Below, one piece after another: positions 46,302-54,059 of a stretch of DNA of 54,059 nt. Position numbers and translations under genes: made by a program. A model generated the notes under the pieces. That model made no database searches, was not told the origin of the DNA, and worked only from the letters and a program-made list of their open reading frames with translations. This stretch comes from a bacterium (lineage in GTDB: Bacteria > Hydrothermota > 32-111): contig JBFXGO010000007.1 in NCBI GenBank assembly GCA_050239825.1, forward strand, positions 11,598 to 65,656, given 5' to 3'. How positions within the stretch are numbered: position 1 is the stretch's first letter; every line of letters starts with the position of its first letter.

Positions 46302-48636
46302 CCCTGGGTTTTGAACCGTTTGCCGGACCTACTATGCCTGCCTGTTCAAGCTGGTCAAGAAGACGGGCGGCTCTCGGATAACCAAGAGCGAAATGCTTTT
46401 GGAGCATTGATGTGGAAGCTTGTTTTTTCAGCTGGATGAAATCTCTCGCCGCATCAAAGAGAGGGTCAAGCTCTTCGCTCTCAATCACCGCACCGGTTTC
46501 ATCTCTTGTGAAGTTTTTTGTCAGACCTGATTCTTCAATAGGTATGTGGTATGTTACAGATGAAAGAATCTCAGTGAGTTTGTCCGGCTCTATATCAAGC
46601 TCTTCGGAGTATTGCTTTACAAACTCCTCAATTCTGAGCTCAAATCCGGGAGTGTTGCGGGGATTTGCAATGCACTGAACAAGTTCGTTTTCGATTATGA
46701 GTTTTGACAGCTTGGATGAATCTTTGACGCTTCCTTCGAAAAGCTTTTTCATGTATGTCTCAGCCCACAGATTGGCAATTGCGGTAGCTTCGTCTGTCTT
46801 TAAAAATGCTCCGTGAGCTCTCATAATATATCCTCTCTGGGGCGCTATGTACAGCATATCACCCTTGCCGAGCAGTTTGTCTGCTCCGCTGGCGTCAAGA
46901 ATGGTTTTGGAATCGGCTTTTGAGGGGACTTTGAATGATATTCTGATGGGAAAGTTTGCCTTGATGGAGCCGGTGATTATGTTGACAGACGGCCTCTGAG
47001 TTGCAAGAATCAGATGTATTCCGACAGCTCTCGACATCTGCGCAAGCCGAATTATATAAGATTCAATATCCTTTTGGCTGGTCATCATCAAATCTGCCAT
47101 TTCATCTATTATTACTATAATGTACGGCTTCTTCTTGTCGCTCTTCTTGTTGTACTCTATTATATCCCTCACTCCGAGTTTTGCGAATGCCTTGTATCTC
47201 AGGTCCATCCAGAGAGTGAGTTCCTTGAGCATTGAAACCGCCTCTTTGGAGTCCGTAATAACCGGTCTTTCAAGGTGAGGCACGCCGTTATAAATGGATA
47301 GTTCAATCCTTTTCGGGTCAACCATTAAAAATCTGACCTCTTCAGGTTGCGCCTTGAAGAGAATTGAGGTGATAATGCCGTTTATGCAGACAGATTTTCC
47401 GCTTCCCGTGGTTCCAGCTATAAGGAGATGCGGCATTGTGGAAACCTGAGCATATATCGGGTTATTTTCAGTATCCCTTCCGAGCACAATGCTGGTCGGG
47501 TCTGAATAGTCGATGAACTCCTTTTCAGTCATAAGGTTTTTAAGATAGACTGTGACTCTGTTCTTATTGGGTATCTCAATTCCCACAGCGGATTTTCCGG
47601 GAATATGTCCGAGTATTCTTATTGATTTTGCCTTCATTGCCAGAGCAAGGTCGTCGGAAAGTGATGTTATCTTGTTTACCTTTATTCCGGGAGCAGGTTC
47701 AAACTCGTATGTTGTTATGACAGGCCCCACATTTACATTTATAACTCTTCCCTCAACCTGAAAACTCCTCATTTTTTCTTCAAGGATTTTTATATTATCG
47801 TTTATTTCGGCATCATCCTTTGTGAGAGTTATGTTGGGAGCATCCTCAAGAGAATCAAGAAAGAGCCGCTTGAACTCATCCGTTATTAAGTGCTTATAAT
47901 CTATGTTGGGGTCAGTTCCTGTCCTGACAATAACCTTCTTAGGTTTTTCCTTCCTTCTCGGTTTCGGCTTCCCCTCAATCGCTTCGCTTTCATACTCGTT
48001 ATTTTCAATCGAAGGTTCAAAATCATTCTCCTCATTACCGTTCCTCTCTTTTCCTTTTTCGATTCTTCTGAAAGCTTTGGAGAGAAGCTCCATAATAGGT
48101 GAAAATTCAGATAAAACAAGAATGCTGATGAACAGCAAAAAGAAAATTATGACAGAGAGACCCACAGAGCCGAGGTACTTTGAAAAGAATCTTGATGCGC
48201 CGTCTCCGTAAAGACCCGCCATATTGACATCATTGAAGAGATTCCCAATGAGCATCGGAACCAAGAGAGTGAAAACAATTGCTATTATCGCAGGAAAGTA
48301 TTTGTTCTTCACCTTCATTATGAATCCGAGCCCTGTATAGAGCAGGAAGAATGGAAGAAAGAAGGAGAACCAGCCGTACAATGTATAAGATGAGAATGCG
48401 ATGTTGAATCCGAGTATTCCGCCCCAGTTCTTCTCTCTGTTGATGCTTTCAAGCTCCGACATATCGAAACTGGCAAAGCATACGAACATGTACAGGGACA
48501 GCATTAGAAGAAGCAGGAAAGCGACGTATCTGTACAGGCTCTTCTCCTCGGAGAGTCCTCTCTTCTTTATGTCAAGAATGAGAAGAGCCGCTGAAGCTAT
48601 CAGTGAAAGAATGAAGAGAATTTTGGAAATCAGCAT
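46267..48636 (-). CDS. ftsK: DNA translocase FtsK
   Basis: N-terminal TM helices, PHLLIAGTTGSGKS, DPKR.EL, IDEMADLMM, ATQRPS, LLGKGDML, gamma domain GYPRAARL. Confidence 0.95.
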   Translation of the reverse strand: MLISKILFILSLIASAALLILDIKKRGLSEEKSLYRYVAFLLLLMLSLYMFVCFASFDMSELESINREKNWGGILGFNIAFSSYTLYGWFSFFLPFFLLYTGLGFIMKVKNKYFPAIIAIVFTLLVPMLIGNLFNDVNMAGLYGDGASRFFSKYLGSVGLSVIIFFLLFISILVLSEFSPIMELLSKAFRRIEKGKERNGNEENDFEPSIENNEYESEAIEGKPKPRRKEKPKKVIVRTGTDPNIDYKHLITDEFKRLFLDSLEDAPNITLTKDDAEINDNIKILEEKMRSFQVEGRVINVNVGPVITTYEFEPAPGIKVNKITSLSDDLALAMKAKSIRILGHIPGKSAVGIEIPNKNRVTVYLKNLMTEKEFIDYSDPTSIVLGRDTENNPIYAQVSTMPHLLIAGTTGSGKSVCINGIITSILFKAQPEEVRFLMVDPKRIELSIYNGVPHLERPVITDSKEAVSMLKELTLWMDLRYKAFAKLGVRDIIEYNKKSDKKKPYIIVIIDEMADLMMTSQKDIESYIIRLAQMSRAVGIHLILATQRPSVNIITGSIKANFPIRISFKVPSKADSKTILDASGADKLLGKGDMLYIAPQRGYIMRAHGAFLKTDEATAIANLWAETYMKKLFEGSVKDSSKLSKLIIENELVQCIANPRNTPGFELRIEEFVKQYSEELDIEPDKLTEILSSVTYHIPIEESGLTKNFTRDETGAVIESEELDPLFDAARDFIQLKKQASTSMLQKHFALGYPRAARLLDQLEQAGIVGPANGSKPRDVYDGFKDNSY

Positions 48637-48668
48637 ATTTTTTTATTATCCTTAAAAGAAGAAGATTG

Positions 48669-50366
48669 TCAAGAGAGAACCTTCCTGTATTCGGAATATG
48701 CAAATTTCATCAGCTCCTCCATTTTCTTTCTTGAAAAGTCAAAAGAGACACCCATGGTTGAATAGACATCGGCTATTGATACAGACGAACCGAGAGAGAG
48801 TCCCTTAAGGTACATCTCGATTGTTTTCTTCGGGTCATCAAGGTAGTTTTTCCACAACTGCAGGGCGCCAAGCTGTGCCATGCCGTACTCTATATAATAG
48901 AAAGGCACTTCAAATATGTGTATCTGCATTTGCCAGAGTATAGGCAGGTAATTTTTATAACCCGACCAGTCAAAATACTTTTCCTGATATTCTGTTGCAA
49001 TGGTGTTAAAATAAACGAGTAAATCCTCCGGTTTTGACTCCGGGTTCGCATAAACATGATGCTGGAACTTGTCGACTATTGCGCACCACGGAAAGAAAGT
49101 TATGATTCCCTCAAGTTGTTTTCTCTGAGCCTGTTTAAGCTGTTTTTCATCATTGTAGAATATTTTCCACCTGTCATAGGTTATCATTTCCATTCCCATG
49201 CTGGCAAGTTCAGCCACCTCAGATGGAGTATTCTTGTAAAAATATGTGAACATGTCTTTTACTTTAACTGTGTGGACTGCGTGTCCCGACTCATGCATCA
49301 ATGTGCGCATGTCGCTATTGGAGCCTGAGGCATTCATGAATATAAACGGAAGGCCCGATTTATAAAGAGGGTAATTGTATCCGCCCGGGGCTTTGCCCTT
49401 TCTGCTTTCCAGGTCAAGCTTATTGTCAGAGTTGACGCTTTCGAATACTTTTAAAAATCTATCGTCAATTGAAGCGAAGACCTGCCTTGATTTTTCAATA
49501 AAATCAGATGCATCCGCGAAAGGCTTTAAAACCTCATCTTCCGGCATGGTAGCATGCGCATCATAAGGCATCATATCTGCGACTCCAAGTCTCTTCTTTT
49601 TTTCACCAATAATTTCCCCGAGAATGGGTGTGCACACTTCGAGCACCGATTGATGAAACTCTTCGCACTCTTTTGTAGAATAGTCAAACCTCTCAAGCTC
49701 CTTGAATCTGAAATCAGTGTAATTTGACTCTCCGGCGTTCAGTGCTGTTTTATGCCTCAATGAAGTCATCTTCATGAATATCTCGTTTATTTCATCCTTC
49801 ATTGACAATCTCTTTTCAACAACCTTGTCGAATGCTTCCTTTCGGATATGTCTCTCCTTTGATTCGAAGAATTTAGTCATCTGCGACGGAGTATACTCTT
49901 TTCCCTGAAAATCTATCATAATACTGCCCACCTTCTCCTGATAGTCAACCGCCAGATTTGATATTTCTGTTTTGAGAGGAACATTCTTTTCGCTGAATAT
50001 CTGAACATTTACATCAAGCCGTTTTAGGAAAAGATTCCACTTGGTATCTCTGAGCTGTGATGAAAATACCGAGTCCGCAATTTTCTTGTTTATGATAAAT
50101 GTGATTTTGTCTACTTCAGGTCCTATTTTGTCATTGAAGAGCGAGAATCTCTCCCTATAATCCTTGTTGGAAGTGTCGCGGGTCATATTAATGTATGCCC
50201 ATCCATAATCCTCCTGAAATGCCTCTACCAGTTTTCCATAGTCGCTTATAAGCTCTTCAAGCTCTGCGGCGGATGATACTCTTCTTTCTGCGAGCTCTTC
50301 AAAGTATGAAGCCACATCTTTGTAATCCGTAACTTTGAATGAAATGTCGAGATACTTTTTGTCCAT
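48669..50366 (-). CDS. M3-family oligoendopeptidase
   Basis: RKGKAPGGY, HESGH, AELASM.ME, PFYYIEY; AAGGA RBS before ATG 50366. Confidence 0.92.
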   Translation of the reverse strand: MDKKYLDISFKVTDYKDVASYFEELAERRVSSAAELEELISDYGKLVEAFQEDYGWAYINMTRDTSNKDYRERFSLFNDKIGPEVDKITFIINKKIADSVFSSQLRDTKWNLFLKRLDVNVQIFSEKNVPLKTEISNLAVDYQEKVGSIMIDFQGKEYTPSQMTKFFESKERHIRKEAFDKVVEKRLSMKDEINEIFMKMTSLRHKTALNAGESNYTDFRFKELERFDYSTKECEEFHQSVLEVCTPILGEIIGEKKKRLGVADMMPYDAHATMPEDEVLKPFADASDFIEKSRQVFASIDDRFLKVFESVNSDNKLDLESRKGKAPGGYNYPLYKSGLPFIFMNASGSNSDMRTLMHESGHAVHTVKVKDMFTYFYKNTPSEVAELASMGMEMITYDRWKIFYNDEKQLKQAQRKQLEGIITFFPWCAIVDKFQHHVYANPESKPEDLLVYFNTIATEYQEKYFDWSGYKNYLPILWQMQIHIFEVPFYYIEYGMAQLGALQLWKNYLDDPKKTIEMYLKGLSLGSSVSIADVYSTMGVSFDFSRKKMEELMKFAYSEYRKVLS

Positions 50367-50426
50367 GATTTCCTTCCTTCGAATAAGGTTATTGAAAAAA
50401 ACAAGATTATTTGATACTCTATAATG

Positions 50427-51497
50427 ATGCAAATAACAAGATTAAGTATAAAAAATTTCAGAAATTTTGCAATAGGCGACTTTAAGTTTGAGGAGCGCAC
50501 TGCAATAACAGGTCCGAACGGAAGCGGAAAGACATCCATTGTGGAGTCTATTTATTATCTCTCTTCTTTCAAGTCATTTCGCGCGTCTTCAGAAGCGAAA
50601 GTTGTCAAGATAGGAGAGTTTGAATTTGTAGTCAATGCCGACGGCGAAAAGGAGGGAGAGAAGTTCAATCTGGGCTTTCAGTATGCAAATTCAAAAAAGA
50701 CAGTCTCTTTTAACGGGGAGAAGGTTGAGAAACTTTCAAACGGTTTCGGAATATTTCTCTCTGTGATTCTCTCCATATATGATAAACTGCTCTCGCATCC
50801 TTATTCAATTTACAGAAGAAAGTTCCTCGACCGCCTTATCTCAACTATAGATGACCAGTACTTTGAAGCATTGATGCAGTATCATGCGGTGCTTAGACAG
50901 AAGAATAATGCGCTCAAGATTAATCAGCCACGCACTCTTATAGATACATATTCAACGCAGATGTCGCAGAGGGCTCAGTATATTTATGAGAGAAGGATTG
51001 AATTTTCGACATACTTTGAAGAGGTTCTGAATAATGTGTATTCAAGAATTTTTGAGAAGGATAATCTCATCAAAGTGAAGTACTTCTCTTCAAAGGACAA
51101 TGGAGAGTATACGGATTTGACACTTCTTGAGGCGGCAAGGAAAAGAATTGATACTGAGGAGAGGCGCAAAAGGTCGGTCTGCGGAGTTCATCTGGACGAT
51201 TATATAATAACTGTGAACGGGCATCCGATAAGCGAATTCGGAAGCGAAGGAGAGAAGATCCTTCTCGGTATAACCATGAAGGCCGCTGAAATACAGTTGA
51301 TTTACGAAAACAGGGGAGAGTACCCTGTAATAATGGTAGATGATGCCTTTTCCGAACTTGATTCAAGAAAGAGAGAATCAATGATAAAATTATTTGAAGA
51401 GTTTCCCCAGCTGATACTGACTTATCCTTCAAGAAAGATAGAAGAGCATAAGTATTACACGATAGACCTGGGAGTGGAAAAAAATGAAATTTTATGA
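50427..51497 (+). CDS. recF: DNA replication/repair protein RecF
   Basis: NFRN, GPNGSGKTS, KSFR, RRKFLD, S.GE signature, DDAFSELD..R; start 50424 or 50427. Confidence 0.88.
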   Translation: MQITRLSIKNFRNFAIGDFKFEERTAITGPNGSGKTSIVESIYYLSSFKSFRASSEAKVVKIGEFEFVVNADGEKEGEKFNLGFQYANSKKTVSFNGEKVEKLSNGFGIFLSVILSIYDKLLSHPYSIYRRKFLDRLISTIDDQYFEALMQYHAVLRQKNNALKINQPRTLIDTYSTQMSQRAQYIYERRIEFSTYFEEVLNNVYSRIFEKDNLIKVKYFSSKDNGEYTDLTLLEAARKRIDTEERRKRSVCGVHLDDYIITVNGHPISEFGSEGEKILLGITMKAAEIQLIYENRGEYPVIMVDDAFSELDSRKRESMIKLFEEFPQLILTYPSRKIEEHKYYTIDLGVEKNEIL

Positions 51498-52038
51498 ACT
51501 GATGCTCTTATCCGTCGGCCTTTCAATGGACGCTTTTGCCATATCCCTTACATGCGGAATATACGCAGGCAGAGAGAGGATGAAGATGGCTCTGCGTTCG
51601 GGTCTCTTCTTCGGCTTAGCTCAGGCGCTGATGCCGGTTATCGGATACTTTCTGGGAAACGCATTTGAATCTTTGATAAAATCATTTGACCACTGGGTTG
51701 CATTTGTAATTCTCTTCGCGATAGGAGTTAAGATGATTTACGAATCATTCAAGGAGGATGAGTGCAAAAACAGGATTGATGCATCTTCATTCAAAGTGAT
51801 GCTTCTCCTTGCTGTCGCCACAAGCATAGATGCTCTCGCCTGCGGCATCTCCATTGCCCTTCTTGAAGGGGGAATACTTATTCCGGCATTGATTATCGGA
51901 ACAGTTACTTTTTTGATATCTTTCATTGGAGTTGTGCTTGGAGACAAACTCGGAAAGTCCTTCAGACGGGGTTCCGAAATTCTCGGCGGCTCCATGCTCA
52001 TTTTCATCGGCCTAAAAATTCTCTTAGAACATCTATAG
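51484..52038 (+). CDS. mntP: Manganese efflux pump MntP
   Basis: GLSMDAFA, FG..QA.MP..G, DHW.AF, ATSIDALA.G. Confidence 0.92.
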   Translation: MKFYELMLLSVGLSMDAFAISLTCGIYAGRERMKMALRSGLFFGLAQALMPVIGYFLGNAFESLIKSFDHWVAFVILFAIGVKMIYESFKEDECKNRIDASSFKVMLLLAVATSIDALACGISIALLEGGILIPALIIGTVTFLISFIGVVLGDKLGKSFRRGSEILGGSMLIFIGLKILLEHL

Positions 52039-52925
52039 GGACGGTGGTTGAAATTGTTGCATTTTTATGCGTTTTTATCATTTAAGTATCGGCTAACAGT
52101 ACTTTTACTGATTTTCAACAACTTAGCTATTTCTCTCTCGTTATAGCCCATTTTAAACAACTCAAAAGCAGCTTTTCTACGAATTTCCACATCTTTAAAT
52201 TCTTCTTCTTCAAGCTTCATAATTTGACAAAGTTTTTTTAGAGTTATAGGTTTTATAAATTCACCAGTTCGTTTATTATTATAATCTTTATTGAATCTCG
52301 CATCATTCCTTTTCTCAATTTTTTTGAAATCTCTTCGATCGCCTATATAATCTTCTTTAAACTTGATTAAGTCTTCTTTCAGTGCTACTTGTTTTATTTT
52401 ATTTGAATTGGTAAATATTGAAACAAATTGATAATTATTTTTCTGGGGATTGTTATAGCCAGACGCACTGGAAAAAGTATAATCGGTTTGTTTCTCGACC
52501 ATCATTTTAGATACAGGATTGTTGTGAATATACTTTATTATTGATAAAACATACTTTTCACTCAATACTATCAAAATTTTGGGTCTGTCTTGGAAGACAT
52601 GTCCAACAAAACCGTATTTCCTATTGAAATACATTGCATAACGTGTATTTAATGACTTTAAAAGTTTTTCTAATTTATCATCGTGTTCTTTAAGAAGAAG
52701 ATGATAGTGATTGTCCATCAAACAGAATGCATACACTTCAACATCACATCTTTTTAATATTTTGGCGAGGACTTTCAAAAAGAAAATCTTATCATCATCA
52801 CAGAGAAAAATTTTGTCTTTTCTTTGTCCTCTGCAGATAACATGGTAAAAATGATTCGGTAAGTTTATCCTTCCTCTTCTTGACAAAACTACCTCCTTTT
52901 TGCAACTATTTCAACCACCGTCCCT
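52036..52925 (-). mobile_element. ~890-bp element: inverted repeat - Y1 transposase - inverted repeat
   Basis: IRs at 52036-52061 and 52901-52925, each within 1 nt of the 24656-24870 element IRs; AT-rich interior. Confidence 0.85.
52065..52886 (-). CDS. REP-associated-type Y1 HUH tyrosine transposase (RAYT-like) with C-terminal HTH
   Basis: R..R......YHVICRG, CLMDNHYHLL (HUH), YFNRKY..VGHVFQ.R, YIHNNPV, Y.FSS; REIAKLLKISKSTVSRY HTH; AGGAGG RBS, TTG start. Confidence 0.9.
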   Translation of the reverse strand: MSRRGRINLPNHFYHVICRGQRKDKIFLCDDDKIFFLKVLAKILKRCDVEVYAFCLMDNHYHLLLKEHDDKLEKLLKSLNTRYAMYFNRKYGFVGHVFQDRPKILIVLSEKYVLSIIKYIHNNPVSKMMVEKQTDYTFSSASGYNNPQKNNYQFVSIFTNSNKIKQVALKEDLIKFKEDYIGDRRDFKKIEKRNDARFNKDYNNKRTGEFIKPITLKKLCQIMKLEEEEFKDVEIRRKAAFELFKMGYNEREIAKLLKISKSTVSRYLNDKNA

Positions 52926-54059
52926 GGGTGGAATTATCGGGATTTTGGAGCGGCGGCGTTTGGAGAGGAGCATGAGGTCTTTGAGGTCATCTGTGCAGCG
53001 CGCCTTGCACCACTTTTCTGTGAAGTGGGAGTCGGTGACTATCTGCGCCAGAGACGCCAGCGCTCTGAGGTGAAAATTCCTTTCATCAAGAGTGCCCAAA
53101 AGCACGAACATTGTCTTTACTTCTTGATGTTCATCGTCAAAATATACGCCTTCCCTGTTCCTAACAATATAGAGTTTGAATGTTTTTTCTCCGGAAATCA
53201 CAACATGGGGAATGGCAATATCCTCCGATATTGTTGTTCCGTAATCCTTCTCTCTCTCCATAAGCTTCTCATAAATCATTTTTCTGTCGAGCCCTATCTC
53301 CTTCTCCGCAATTTCCGATACTCTTGTGAATACTTCCTCATATCCGGTCTTTTCACTTATGTCTATGACAGCCGAATCGCATATGAGTTTGTCGAAAGAA
53401 TCAGCCACGATATTGTCCCTCTCTCTTATAACCTCTCTCAATTCATTCTCAAGCATCCTGTTTGTTAGTTCCTTAGAAGTTATTCTTTCAACAATATGCA
53501 TCAATGCGTATTCGCGCGCCGACCTTCTCATTCCGTAGAACAGAAAAACCAAAAGCGCCGCCGCAGTGAGCATGACACTTAGAATTATCGCAGTAGGACC
53601 CATTGTTATTATGACATAAATAAATCCTGCGGTGCCGAGTATCTGAGGAATGGGATAAAGCGGAGTCTTGAATGTGGGTCTGTAATTCATGATCCCGCTC
53701 TCCCGCAGGACAACCACAGAGAGATTGGAAAGAATGTAATTTACTATCAGGACTGTCGAGGCAGCTTTTATCAGCAGTTCTATTTCAAGAAAAATAGCCG
53801 ATGTGACAAATGCTCCTGTTATGATTATTGAGTAATGCGGAGTATTGTGTTTTTGGTTGGTTTTAGAAAGAAATGAAGGAAGGAGGTTGTCCTTGCTTAA
53901 TGCAAAGGGATACCTTGAAGCTGCCATTATGCCTGCATTGGCAGTGGCAAAGAATGCGATTACTGCAACGAAGGCAAAAAGGTAAGACCATGACCTGCCT
54001 GAGGAGACATTGGCCGCATCGGAAACCGGCGTGAGAGAGCCTGACAGAAGGTTGCCGGG
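52911..54059 (-). CDS. APC-family amino acid permease fused to a PTS EIIA domain (5' end beyond window)
   Basis: Frame open to window edge; ANAGIMAASRYPFALS.D, YRP.FK.PLYP, then REK..GT.I...IAIPH EIIA motif. Confidence 0.88.
   Translation of the reverse strand, partial: PGNLLSGSLTPVSDAANVSSGRSWSYLFAFVAVIAFFATANAGIMAASRYPFALSKDNLLPSFLSKTNQKHNTPHYSIIITGAFVTSAIFLEIELLIKAASTVLIVNYILSNLSVVVLRESGIMNYRPTFKTPLYPIPQILGTAGFIYVIITMGPTAIILSVMLTAAALLVFLFYGMRRSAREYALMHIVERITSKELTNRMLENELREVIRERDNIVADSFDKLICDSAVIDISEKTGYEEVFTRVSEIAEKEIGLDRKMIYEKLMEREKDYGTTISEDIAIPHVVISGEKTFKLYIVRNREGVYFDDEHQEVKTMFVLLGTLDERNFHLRALASLAQIVTDSHFTEKWCKARCTDDLKDLMLLSKRRRSKIPIIPPRDGG

Noticed and set aside
531..53538. Numerous 60-150-aa ORFs antisense to or nested in housekeeping genes
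   Set aside because: No RBS, motifs or independent context; explained by codon bias of the real genes.

Overview
Bacterial chromosomal window from a diderm (BamA, Skp), probably anaerobic organism; gene content suggests an uncultured FCB-superphylum-like lineage such as WOR-3/TA06 (inference only). Most of it is housekeeping: a substrate-level phosphorylation operon (arginine-synthetase-like ATPase, arcC, ndk, Hbd-like, ackA), glmM-glmS, two tRNAs, a long clpC-bamA-skp-fabZ-cysS-rsmB-PASTA-PASTA-rpe-guaA-HAD-rmlD-mtaB-miaB-SPOR-mutS run, ftsK, an M3 peptidase, recF and mntP. Three non-housekeeping structures stand out. (1) A 9.4-kb array (10068-19476) of 13 uncharacterised membrane/lipoprotein genes in six paralog families (A-F), built as two ~4.35-kb units (4334 and 4358 bp) with permuted gene order. 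The units are delimited by three direct repeats that are identical at DNA level (120-bp common core; 157 and 141 bp pairwise) and carry a back-to-back leaderless promoter module plus a constant lipoprotein N-terminus, while the paralogous gene bodies are strongly diverged. This is the best candidate for an undescribed cassette-swapping surface-protein system. (2) A minimal element made of a Y1-HUH (RAYT-like) transposase between 25-26-bp inverted repeats, with a 215-bp non-autonomous partner carrying the same repeats 27 kb away. (3) A hairpin-rich 124-bp-period duplication of the tRNA-Asn 3' end. All calls come from motif recognition by eye; no database searches were run.
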